This document shows, one piece after another, positions 26,864 through 39,399 of a stretch of DNA of 64,000 nt. The stretch lies in the NCBI RefSeq assembly GCF_009914755.1, contig NC_060942.1. One strand, given 5' to 3'. Below the pieces are notes generated by a model. That model was not told the DNA's origin. It saw nothing but the letters and a program-made list of their open reading frames with translations, and ran no database searches. The translations under genes and the position numbers were made by a program. Position 1 is the stretch's first letter; every line of letters starts with the position of its first letter. This DNA comes from the human T2T-CHM13v2.0 reference genome, Homo sapiens.

Positions 26864-27253
26864 CTGCCATAGGTTAGGCTTTATGTCCCCACCCAAATCT
26901 CATCTTGAATTATAATCCGTGTAATCCCCATAATCTCCACATGTCAAGGGAGAGACCAGGTGGAGGTAACTGAATCATGGATGTTGTTTCCCCCATGCTA
27001 TTCTCATTATAGTGAGTGAGTTCTCACAAGATCTGATGGTTTTATAAGGGGCTCTCCCCACTTCGCTTGGCACTTCTCCTTCCTGCTGCTTTGTGAAGAA
27101 GGTGACTTGCTCCCCCTTTGCCTTCCACCATGATTCTAAGTTTCCTGAGGCCTCCCCAGCCAGGCTGAACTGTGAGTCAATTAAACCTCTTTCCTTTATA
27201 AATTACCCAGTCTTGGACAGTTTTTTATACCAGCATAAAAATAGACTAATACA
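26864..27253 (+). mobile_element. THE1D/MSTA-type MaLR solo LTR
   Basis: TG...CA termini; gtccccacccaaatctcatcttgaatt; gtgagtgagttctcacaagatctgatggttttataagggg; gtgagtcaattaaacctctttcctttataaattacccagtc...gactaataca. Confidence 0.95.
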
Positions 27254-29505
27254 GATGGGAATCAAACATCAAGAATACATACATGCTTCATTGAATTCTG
27301 AGCTTTGGGCTGAGAGCTGGCCAGTGAGAAGAAACAGCCAGATGAAGAGGACAAGGAACACTCTCTAACAAACTTTGCACCAGAGGTGAGGCTAGGACAT
27401 GAAATCTTGTCTTAGGATTCACAGGCAAGTAACGGATTCTACCTACTTTTTATAAGTCTCAACCCCACTCCCACCTTCTCAATTATGGAAAGAAGCTTTT
27501 GATTATACCATCCCCTGCCCATTCTTTCTCTCCTCGCACACCAATTAACAGGGAACAGGGGGAGCTAAGGAATAGAAAAGGAATGTGAGAACTCAGCCCA
27601 GGTGAGCTGGGACTTTTGAAGACTCATCCTTCTCTGTGTCTAGTCCTAACTCATGCTGCAGCCATCACCCAGCTGTGTTATTAATGGACCACAGGTCCCA
27701 TTCAGGGTCAGGTGACCTTGTGAAGCAGAAATAATATGTCACAAAGATACAGTGTAATAAAAGATGCGTGCAAGGCTTGGCTAGCAAGCCAGCTTTTCTA
27801 AATAACATTCTGATTGCATTGGATGCCTCAGCAACCCCTCTATTCTTGCTGCCCAGGCACTCTGCAGCCAATATATGCACTGGATGATGAAAAGCCCAGG
27901 GACCCACTGGGCAAAAACCAAATCACATATCGGCAAAATCAGCAAAAGAGCATATAAAGCAATCCTGTTAAATATTTAGATGTGTAGGGCCCCAGAGCAT
28001 GACACACACTCAACTAAAAATGTACTTTTTTTAAAACCAGGAAACTTCAGATTACAAACCACTGTAATATTGTGCATTTTAAAGGAGAGTGCATCTAAGA
28101 AGGATTTGTTGCATATTGACCTATGAGATTTAAATCATCGCCACCAAATCACACGCTGGTCTGGGACTGGGCTCATTGAATCACAGAATTAATCCCATAC
28201 ATTTACATTTTACTTCTTTTGTTGCAAATCACTTTCACAAGCATTATCTTGTTTGATGCTTGAAACAAAAACCCATGGAGATAAGTTTATTAGCAAGTTT
28301 ATTTGATCCTTTACTCAGGACTAGGCAACAGATTATGCACTAGGAAAGATACAAAGAATAATTCACAATTTGAGAAAGAGGACACATGTAAAAATAGATA
28401 GATATTATCTCCTTGAGGGAAACTATAATGAAATGAGCATCGGAAGCATATCTAAGATAAAAGTAGAGTTTAACAGCAAGAACAAGCATTCATCATACGC
28501 CTGTTATCATCAAGAAACAGTCCAGGTTTTAGGCTTACAACTGACACCCTACTCTGACACCCTATATTTGTGCTCAGAGCACAAATGAAAAGATAGAACA
28601 CTTCAATAACAGAATAATTGTAAGTAAATTAATATAAGTAAGTGCCCACTGAGAAATCCAAATTATGAACATGTAAGCATTTGGAAGAAGATAGGCTAAA
28701 TAGAAGAATTATAGAAGAATTGGGTTGTGGGTTAATATTTGAAGGAAAGGTGATACAAGGATAAAAGTGTGAGTCTATGTTTTTAACAATGTATTAAGGT
28801 GTTTTATTAGTTGAGGGCTTACTTTTCACAAGGAGAACAATGTGAATTTTCAAGGATTACAAAGCTAACCAGTTAGAACCCAAATATATTGACTTCCCTG
28901 CTACAAAACGCTACCTCCAAATAAGTGACATGATCTGTTCATTGCAGAAATGATAGTCCCACTGACAAAGTAGGAAGCAGGAAATCTCCAGGGCAGGTAG
29001 GTGGGGATCCTGGATGAGGTATCTGAGCTGATTTAGAACATCATTAGGAGTCAGCAAGAGAAGACACGGAATAAGGGGATTTCTGATGGAAGAAAGAAAA
29101 AAAAATGAAAGAAGAAAGTCTTCCATGTGTAAAGCAGGGTGCCTTCCTTTTGGTAGCAAGTACTATCCAGTCACTGAGCCCAGCAGGGTCTTCATCTCTC
29201 TGCCTTTGCGACAATGTAAGGAAGAAAGGTCACAATGCACAGCCCACCAGGAGTGAGCACTGCAGGAATCCAGAAGCAAGTGTCAACACCGAGCAGAGGA
29301 AATTACAGCACAGGTCCTCCCGTGGCCCTAGCCACAGGGGCGAGTCCTGAGGACTCTGCTTGTGACAAGATCCCAAGGATGCTGCAGCTAGGAGCAGAGC
29401 TGAGGCCTCTGTGAGGCTCCTGTCCTCACCAGTCAGAACTCCCTGGGAAGGCCAGACACATTGAACCCACTGTGTCCTCCAGGCCACACACTTGATCACA
29501 CTTAC

Positions 29506-29568
29506 CTGGGTCCAGAAGATGCTGCTCTTCAGATTCTAGTCAAGGTCAAAACAGAGGTTTAAGAATAT
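29506..29568 (-). other. Candidate non-coding exon (63 nt; alternative acceptor gives 70 nt)
   Basis: Minus strand has a consensus donor CAG|gtaagt and acceptor ttcatcttcattatttgctgtcagttcccag|. Stops in all three frames. Confidence 0.25.
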
Positions 29569-31639
29569 CTGGGAACTGACAGCAAATAATGAAGATGAAA
29601 TTGATATAAAGCCTCAAGTATAAGTACATTTCTTCAGCCTTCTGTATTTTTCCTTTATCCTCTTTAATTTTCTTTGATGGTTCTTGAAGGTTTGGCCAAA
29701 TAATTAAGGTTAAGTATATTAGGTTTCATTGAACCACTTTTGTTCAAAGTTAAAAAATGATAGTTATACTTCTTGAACTTCTCTTACTGAACTGGCTAAA
29801 GCAATGCTTTGAAGAAAAGGAATAGTCTATAGCTATAGCTCACCATCAGGGACAATTACTCACTGAAACTTTCTTTGAAGAGAAACCCTCAGATGGTCTC
29901 ACCTCTTATGTTATTGATAAGACATTCAGAATAAAAAAAAAAGTGAAGAACTCATGTAAATAAATGTGACACTGTTATTTCCCCCCCACCCCCACTGTAA
30001 TGTCAGAGAAACAGTTACTACATGGACACTAAGTGCAAAAGAAATAAAAATTAAGAAGAATCTGAGCAATCCATTCAGTCGAGCATCACTAAGTACATCA
30101 GAAGACACAGATCTGGGCACTAGATTCACCACTTCTAAGTTGTGACTTTCTTAGAATCATCACTGTTAAATGTGGATAGCCTAATGGGAGCAGGTCAATT
30201 ATGAAACGTGTATGCATGATCACAGTATGCCGAAGGTCTCCCACAACCACCAGTGTAGTTATTGCTAAGCTATTAAGCCAGGGCCTCAGTGTTAACAGAG
30301 CCCTGCCTAGACCCATACAGGAATGCCGACTGACCGAGAGATCGGCTAGGTTAGTTAAAGACAAAGAGAAAACCTAAAATTGTGTATCATTTTTACCTGC
30401 ATGAAGAAAAACAACTTCTGAAATTGCCATTGTAGAAAATAATGTAACCATTTCTTCAGACTGGCTTTTGTTTCTTTTTTTCTCTCTGATGTTTTTCTGT
30501 AAATGGATTATTCAGGCAAGTGAAAAAGCAAAATAAACAAATAAATAAATAAATAAACAAACACTGCTACTGTTTTCAAATTACAGCAACTACCATGGCT
30601 GTAGTAATCCTTGATCAGTGCTGCCACACTTCAGTAACAGTATCCCATATACTTCCTTCTTACCAGGAATCCTTAAAGTATGGGATGCATATATATGTAT
30701 ACATAATTTTTATCAGAACCTTCAAAACTGCATTCATGAGAGAAGAAATCTGCTATATGAATTTGAGGTTTAGTTCTGGCAAAAACACAGGAAAAAAATA
30801 AATCCTAAAATACAATTGTGACAGTATTGTTAAAAATATTGAATCCAGTTGACATCCTTTCTTCTGCCTTTTTTTCCCAAACACTGGGATAGGATATGGC
30901 TGTTGAGTCTGTCAACTGGAAAATCCTTCCTAAAGGGCAAAATGCAACATTATGGATCACAGTCAACCAAAAGGGGAAAAAATAAAGTAGAAAATTGTCC
31001 TCCAAGCTGATAAAAACCCACCTGCCTCCCATAACAAGGCAGAGCCATTCTTCACCACCTCTCATCCTGAAGACATTTAGAGGGTCATAATTTTCAGTTC
31101 TTTTTTCTCTTATTCTTCTTTCTTTTTCTTGGCGGGAGGAGGCAGTTCTGAAAGAAGCTACTTGCTGAAGACTGAGAGAAGATGGCCTGAACTAATTCAT
31201 CTTGTGACCTTTTAGTGCCTTCACACTAGGGTGATTTAATAGCACTTAATCTGTCAAAAATCTGAAGTTTTGTAATAACTGTATATTAAACCAGTTTTTA
31301 TGGAGCATTAGTGAAAGTCCTTTCAGTTTACAAAGAAAGAAAGAAGAGAGAAAACTTGCAATGTTTGTCCTCATTAAACTTCCAGAGACTCCCTACTGTA
31401 TTCCTGTGCCATGCAGTGACTGACCCACAAGGCAGTCTTGTCCCTTCATTGTAGGGTGTCCCAAGGAGGGCTGGACCATAACTGGCCTGACCAGAGTAAT
31501 GTAGGCTGGGTCATGCTGCTGATTCTGGAAATGGATTTCTTATTAAGAGCCACTGGGAAGATGCATGGGCAAACTCCACACCATTGGGCCTTGTGACTGT
31601 TTTCGATCCAGAGTACTTTGCTGCAAACTGAAAGGTGTT

Positions 31640-32351
31640 GTGATTGGTTTGTCTTGGTGTGTGGCTTTTTCCAATATTAACAACCAATTCCCCAACACCA
31701 ATTGGGTGTCCAATAATTCAATTTAATTCTGACATTATCTAATGTCAGATAACGTCAGTTACTGTTAGGTCCCACAAGTTTAAGAGAGAAGTCCCACAAC
31801 ACTGCCCTTACTGCCAGCCACAAGCCCAGGTGACCAATACTTTCCCCCAGCTGACTACAAATTTGGGGGTTCTCATGATCCTTCCACAGGTTCAGTAGTT
31901 CGCTAATGACTCACAGAATTTGGGGAAGTGCTTTACTTATGTTTACTGGTTTATTATAAAGGACACAACTCAGAAACAACCAAATGGAAAGACACATAGG
32001 GCAAAATATAGGGCTGGGGCGCACAGAGCTGCCATTCCCTCTCTAGGTATGCCACCCTCTCAGCACCTCAATATGTTCACCAACCTAGAAACTCCTTAAA
32101 TTCCATTGTTAAGAGTTTTTATAACCCAATCTCCAGCTCCCTTCTCCTCTCTGGAGGTCAGGGCATGAAGCTGAAATTTCCCAAACTCTAATCACGTTTG
32201 GTGTTTCTGGTGACCAGAACCATCCTGAAGCTATATAGCAGCACCTCCCTCAACCCCACTACCTGACTCTACTCAGGAGTATAAACTTATATGTAGTGAA
32301 AAGGATTCGAGGTTGGGAAATAAAATTAAATAAATATTTTATTTTACCACA
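31640..32351 (-). mobile_element. MER21-family LTR
   Basis: aattgggtgtccaataattcaatttaattctgaca...gactcacagaatttggggaagtgctttacttatgtttactggtttattataaagga...atgccaccctctcagcacctcaatatgttcaccaacctagaa, ending ttttaccaca (minus-strand TG start). Confidence 0.85.
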
Positions 32352-32694
32352 GTCTGTGCAGTCTGAAAAAGCCAGGTTAGAAATGTTATCTTGAATGGGC
32401 CTAAAATTTTACTTCTTAAAATAGTGCACTTAAATCCACCTGCTGTTCATGCTCCTATTTGTCTCCTTGCCATTAAGCCAGATCCTTTTTTTCCATATCT
32501 GTTTAATACCATCTCCCTACCAACCATCTCCTAGTGTTCAGTTTCAGCTCACCCTTCACCCAAGCCTTCTTTTCCTGACCTCCCAAACCTTACCACCTTT
32601 ACCTCCCTTCCCCTTTTCTGAGTTCCTATGTTACCTGGAATCTGTGACATAAGCTTCATTCATGTTGGATTGTCCCAGTTGAATCATAACTTCT

Positions 32695-33146
32695 GTCTTG
32701 TTTGATGTCAAATTAGTAATAGATGGCACATTTAAGTCAGAATAAATTGAGGAAGATTTAATAGAAAAATTATTTTCAAAAGTGGTGATCAGGTACAAGA
32801 AAACCAAAAGGACACCAAGGCTAGCAATGGTCCTGTTACCATTCCTAGGCCTGAAGAGATGGAGGAAGGAGCTAGTGCCAGACCTGGACAAAGAGAGTTG
32901 TACAGAGATGGACTCCTTTAAAGCAGCTGTGATTTCTGCTAGAGAAATGGAATTAACCCCAGGTAATACCACAAAAGGGGATAAGCGAATGATGATCTCA
33001 AACCCATTCTCTAATTTCTCACTAGGGCTTGCCATTGGATGAATCAAACATGGAACCATGGGCAAGTAAGCCCACTGATGAGTTCGTAGAGGTCAGCCCC
33101 TAGGACAGAGAGAAGGCAGAGAGCAGCTCTGGAAGTACAGTATCAC
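32695..33146 (-). mobile_element. LTR33-like ERVL solo LTR
   Basis: cagatggcac-like start; gttaccattcctaggcctgaagaga; ccattggatgaatcaaacatggaaccatgggcaagtaagcccactgatgagttcgtagaggtcagcccctaggacagag. Confidence 0.75.
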
Positions 33147-33339
33147 AGAGAATAGTTTAATAAACAATCTCTGAGTCATGGATCCAGAGGCCTATAGAAA
33201 CTTCCCAAATCCAGATAGACTCTATTCTATGGTTGTCATACCCCAGTGCATCTTTACATCCTCTGTCTGCCTGGATACCTTAAAGAAGCACAGCAGAAGT
33301 TCTCCCAGCAACACCATATTTTGACATGACTCTCTTTCC

Positions 33340-33514
33340 TTTTTCTATTTTTAGGGAAAGGGTCTTGCTCTTTTCCCTAGGCTGGGATTTTAGGTATGTG
33401 CCACCACATCCAGCCATTTCTAAAGAATTTTTGTAGAGATGGGAGTCTCACTAAGTTGCCCAGGCTGATCTCAAACTCCTGACCTCAAGTAATCCTCCCA
33501 TCTTGGCCTCCCAA
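33340..33514 (-). mobile_element. Alu (J-like) fragment with internal deletion
   Basis: Right-arm end (agggtcttgctc...ccctaggctgg) is joined directly to gattttaggtatgtgccaccac. The left arm runs to ggcctcccaaa. Confidence 0.85.
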
Positions 33515-33791
33515 ATGATCTCTTCATTGACTGACATTTAGCAAAAAGAGCAAAAGGAACTAAGGGTCTATCAAGGATTTAAAGTAGCAAACACAAAGGC
33601 CAGGGAACAATACTCTGCATGTCTTCTATCTTTAAGATGCTCTTTCTCTTAGTTTCCACAAAGCTGCCTTCCATTTTTTCTCTTTCCTCACTGCAACTCC
33701 TGGGCTCTTCTGCTAGTTCCTTCTCCTTCATGCATTCTCTTTGGGCTCTTCTGGCTTTTGTTGTTGTTGTTTAGTTTTTTTATTCTACACC

Positions 33792-34109
<318 letters not shown>

Positions 34110-34119
34110 TAAAAGAGCA

Positions 34120-35372
34120 CTCAGTTGCCATGACTTTAATACAATGGATATGCTTATACCATGGAAAAATTTTAAATCTCAAATCAGACCTTTCTGGTAA
34201 ATTTGAAGCAAGTATATAAAGCTCCTGACCTAGTAGCTTTTGTTGAATGTCTCACATATATCTCAGGACTCATCTTTGCAAATAAACTGATTCTTCATTT
34301 TTTCCTAACTCATTTAACAGTAGCTCTAGCCAGGGAGCTGTCCAAGCCAGAAGTGGGGGTCATATTATCTCCTTCCTCCTCTATCTCCCACCTGGAAACT
34401 ATGCCAAATTCTGCAAACTCTCCCTTGCCCAGAGGATACATATTTTTTTCTATTCTAACAAAGCCATTTTCTCATCCAAACAACCACCATCTCTACTGAA
34501 CTACCAACTGACCTATCTTTCTGCTTCTTCTCTTTGTTCTCTGCAAATCACTATCCTCACTGCTGGCAAAATGTGCATGTTAAAGGGCTAATCCAATTCT
34601 GTATTCTTCTTAATGCCCTTTACTGGCTTCCCCATGCACTTGAAATCAAATCCAAATTCCTTCCTCTGGTCTACAAGACCCTACATAATCCATGAACAGG
34701 CTCTGCCTTTCTCTACAGACTAACCAGCCTGAATGACCCCCTAACACTCTACTCTTCCATCACTCTTTGACCTACCAAACTCATTCCTCTCGGAGAACCT
34801 TCATTATAGGTGCTGAATGTTCTTCCTGAAGAACGTTATAGGTTGCAGTTCAATGTTACCTTTTCAGAAAATACATTTACTGATTGTCTCATGTAAAATA
34901 AATCTCCATCCTGTTGACTCTTAAATCTCCTACATGAGAAAATGACTGTTTTGGAATAGAGGAAATTATGTATCCTCTGGGCAAGAGAGGGTTTGCAGGA
35001 TTTGGCAGAATTTACAGGTGGAGGATAAAGAGGAGGAAGGGGACCATATGACCCCTGCTTCTGACTTGGAAAATTCCCTCACTAGAGCTATTGTTAAATG
35101 AGTTAGGAAAAAAATGAAGAAGTAGCTTATTTGCAAAAATGAGTTCTGAGATGTATGTGAGACAATCAACAAGAGCTACTAGGTAAGTCAGTTTCATTCT
35201 TTCAGAGCCTTGTCACTAACTGAAATTATACAATTATCTGTTAAAAATCTTCTCCACTAGAATGAGAATCCCTAGAAATAATCAGTCTTCACTGCCTAAG
35301 TAAAGGCTGGTGCATAACAGTTCCTGAATAAATAAATATGTTTTATTCTGAAATTAGTAAATGAATGAATAA
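34120..35372 (+). mobile_element. L2 LINE 3' part carrying an internal inverted duplication
   Basis: catgactttaatac...tctcaaatcagacctttct...tggcttccccatgcacttgaaatcaaatccaaattccttcctctggtctacaagaccctacataatc...ctccactagaatgagaatccc...aatgaatgaat. Confidence 0.8.
34228..35184. repeat. Inverted repeat: arms 34228-34475 and 34934-35184, about 85% identical, 458-bp spacer
   Basis: Hand alignment of the left arm against the reverse complement of the right arm gives about 38 differences in about 251 columns. Confidence 0.97.
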
Positions 35373-36508
35373 AATAAGTCAGGAATAAAAGGAAGTTCTT
35401 TCTCTAGTATTTCTTTAATTCAATTAATTAAGCACCTATCTATAATAACTTAATATATTAGTTGCTCATATAAAATATTTATTTTTCCCAAATACAATGA
35501 AAGATTTTGAAGGCTGGAGAATGTTTTATATAAGTTTCAGTCCTCATGGCTTTCAGCACATTATTTGCAGCCTAAGTGTTGCTAAGTAAATATTTGTTGA
35601 ATGAATAAGTGGAAGAGTCAAATGGGAGGGAATGAAGGAACAAAGTACCTTTCTCTTCATATGATAACAAACTCAGCATCCAAAATAAACAGCTCTAGCC
35701 AACAGCAGCTTGAACACATCTGCTCATGGCTACTATCTTCTTCTTCATTTAATATTCTCCCCCAGTGTTCCTTATTTCTTTATCGTTTTAGCCTTTGCAC
35801 AAAATCCAAAGAAACAAACAGGCACAACTTAAGGCCTCAGAGAAGCTTGGTTAAAGGATGAGAAACAGAGGTAAGTGGTGGATATGATTTAAGACAGGTA
35901 CTTCAGACTCCATAAATTTCCTCAGTCAGCATTAGAGCTGTTCAATATTTTATACAGCATTACTTGCCTAGGTGTGACATCCAGAAAACCTCATAAATGT
36001 ATAAGCTTTCTCTTTTGATTTGTTTTTTTCTCCCGGCATTAGGGGTGATTTCTGCCCATACTGCCTAAATTCTCCTCCTTCCCTTTTTACTTGTTCGCCT
36101 CAATTATAAATATCTGAAGTTTTCTTTGATTACGGTTAAGAAAAAGATTCTAGATCATTACCTTTATTAATTTAAATAAAACATGGAGATTACAACAGAG
36201 ATCATTGCTTTATGCCACATGAACATGGGAAGTCTGATGAGTCCTGCATTCATTTACTCATCCCTCAGTCAGGATCTACTGTACTAAGTGTGTTGAAATA
36301 GAAACAGAGATTAATAAAAACAGGTCTATCTGCACTTTCTTCTCATGACATAGGTGTTGGACAAAGATTTCAAACTGGATTTTAACACAACATCAAAGTC
36401 CAATTTGTAAACTTGAGGCTTTCTTTTTCCCATAACCAACCCATATTCAACTCTATCCTATGTTTCATGCTGGTTTCTTACTAACTGCATGGAGTGTGTG
36501 TATACGGT

Positions 36509-36529
36509 AAGTGTACGTGTGTGTGTGTC

Positions 36530-36560
<31 letters not shown>

Positions 36561-36568
36561 AAGAGAGA
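36509..36568. repeat. Compound (TG)n(AG)n microsatellite
   Basis: gtgtgtgtgtctgtgtgtgtgtgagagagagagagagaaagagagac. Confidence 0.95.
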
Positions 36569-37344
36569 CAGTTCTGCTTCCTACTGGACTTTAGGTTCCA
36601 TTGAAAGAAGAGGTAATTCCTGCACATTTTACATACCTCCTGCATGCCTCCCAAATACAGTTTGGATATATAGCAGGCACAAATAATCAAATAATTCTAT
36701 AACATTTCATTACATTTATATATTTTTGCAACTCAATTCAATTTGGCTTCAAGCTTTCATTTGCCAAGTTTAGTGAGCTCCATTAGCAGCCATGTTCTAT
36801 GCATCAATTTTACTCTCTGAGGTCCTCATAGGACCATGGGGATTACAAAGTTTTGGAAATGGGGGAAATGCTCTGGTCATCACCCTAAGCTCTCAGTACT
36901 CACTGAAGGTTCTGTTGCTAGCTGGAACCCTCACCGCAAGGCTGGCTATAGGCCCCCTTATACTGTTCTAATAATTCTAGTACTTGTGATCATGCTCCAT
37001 ATGCACTCATCAGACCCAAGCATTTCCCATCCAATAACCTGCTCCACCCTGTAAATGCTGCATGTAAGCAGGCCAAATGCCTCTAGTAAAACAAATAAAT
37101 ACCAGTTTTTTTTTCTCAATCTTAAGAAAGTCATACTCTCCTCTGATACTCTAATATCTCCCCAGTAATCCAGTCCCTACTTATTCATTCCAAAAATTAC
37201 CTAAATGTTGGTTCTCAACCTTATCAAACCCAACGCATCTATTTATAAAAAATAATACATTATATTTGTAACAAATATTTTATAATGCATCATTTTTATA
37301 CTGAAATAAAATTCATAGCCTACTTGTTTATGTGATTTCACATA

Positions 37345-38085
37345 AACCCATAATAAAATTAATAATTCAAAGATTTGCATTGACAAAAGGTTAGACTTTG
37401 TTGGATAGAGATTTAGAGCAATGAAAGATAACTCAGGAGAAAATACCTTGATTATACTAAACTGTGGTGAAAAAATGGAAATATAGCATAGAACACAAAA
37501 GACATAGAAGACACAGTGATAGGCATGCATGCTTTCAACTTGAGTCCTGGAAGAAGAGAAATAATATTGACAAGAAGCAACACTTGTGGAGAAAATAGCT
37601 GAGAATTTTCTAATACTGAAAAACACACAAAAAAACACATCACATAAAATTCAACAATTACTACAAACCTCAATAAGGATAAGTAAAAGAAATAAACCCT
37701 AAAAACATCATAGTAAACTGTTAAAGAAATAAAAAAAGAAAAAGAAAAATCTTAAAATATCTAGCCAAACAAACTCTATTACCTTCAAAGGAGCAACAGC
37801 TGATCTCTCTCCCTCTCAGAGAAAAGTCAAAAGAGAGTGAAATGATATCTTCGAGGTGGTGAAACAAATCCTAATAATTCATAATTCTATATCCATTGAG
37901 GAACAAATAATGCCCCAGAAATGATGACCAAGTAAATAAATTTTCAGAGAACCGATAGCTAAAAGAGTTTGTCACTGGCATTCTCCTCATAAATAAAATA
38001 TTAAAAGCAGAAGGAAAATAATCCACCTTACAAGAAAAAGTGCAAAACATCAGACAGCTTAAATATGTGGGAAATATGGGAAATA
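37345..38085 (+). mobile_element. Old L1M (L1ME-like) ORF1 fragment
   Basis: aaatagctgagaattttcta; acatcatagtaaactgttaaag; aaagaaaaatcttaaaa; attaccttcaaaggagcaacagctga; aaagagtttgtcactggca; gcagaaggaaaataatcc. Confidence 0.8.
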
Positions 38086-38339
38086 TACATAATATATATA
38101 TAAAATTTCTTTTCTGTGTGTGTATACGTGTATATATATTTGTATAATATGTATTGTACATAATATACAGTATGTAGGTCTTGGGTTGATGACCAGAACA
38201 TTTCCCTCATTTACCAGACTTTGTAACACCCAGTCCTATCAGGACCTCAGAGAGTAAAACTGATGCATAGAACATGGCTGTTAATGGATCCCACCAAACT
38301 TGGCAGATGAAAGCTTGCAGTCAAATTGACTTGAGTTGC

Positions 38340-38792
38340 AAATATATAAATATATTTGCACACACACATACAGATATATACATGTACATGTATATATACA
38401 TATATGCATATACATATATACATATATGTATTTATATGTCTATACATATATACATGTACATTTATCTCTCTGTGTGTATGTACATATATACATATATATA
38501 CACGTGTATATATGCATAAATACATGTACATATACATACATATATACATATACACATATGTATACACATTTGTATATGTATGCATATACATATATACACA
38601 TGTATACACGCATGCATGCACACATATATACATATATACATGTATGCATATATACATATATACATAGATGTATACATATATACACACATATACACATATA
38701 TGTATATATGTAAACATATATGTAAACACACAGAGAGAAATGTACATGTATATATATGTATATACATGTATGTACATATGTACATTACACAC
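38340..38792. repeat. Degenerate (TACA/TATG/TA)n purine-pyrimidine tract
   Basis: About 450 bp of near-alternating RY sequence; the source of the Y/I/H/T/M-rich pseudo-ORFs. Confidence 0.95.
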
Positions 38793-39399
38793 AAAGAAAG
38801 ATAGAAATGTAAGAGAGAAATGTTGGTAACTGTATGAGAAATGTATGAGAGAAATGTTGGTAACTGCCGTCAGGGTCAAGAAAGCCCTAGAAATCAAGAA
38901 CTCAAAGGGCTTCTTGCTTGTCTTGCAAAATAAATAAGAAAATTTGATTTTCATTTTTCAGTTGATAATTACACAACAAGAAAGAGAAAGACAGAGAGAG
39001 AGAGAGAGATCACTTAATTTCTTATAAAGTTTCACAAATGATGGTTAAATACATACATAAAAGAAAGCATTACTCTTGCATTCAAAGAGACTCAAGTCTG
39101 GAAGCAATAAATCACAGCCAAAAATCATTGAAATAGAATAGAGAACAAGTGCCATACAAAGGTAATGAAAACAATTGCAAGTGAGATTTAAAAAAATAAA
39201 GGTCACTCTTATTTTTTGTAATATATATATATACCCTGATTAGTCATAAGTATTTTTTAAATGGCACAAAAATGTTTCTAATACAATGTGAGAGACTACG
39301 GTCAATGTTTCCTGTTCTCAAGTTGGAAAATAATTGTGCACTGGTATCCTAACTATACAATTTTTACTTAAAACTTTATGCCACAAAGTTTCTTAGTAT

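Noticed and set aside
27705-27718. ERE-like GGGTCA-gg-TGACCT
   Set aside because: Spacer is 2 nt, not the 3 nt of an ERE; single motif with no support
32631-33065. 144-aa minus-strand ORF
   Set aside because: Lies in an LTR33-like element; no domain recognised
38247-38954. Longest ORF (235 aa, minus strand) and overlapping ORFs
   Set aside because: Translation of the TACA/TA tract, which lacks stop codons by composition
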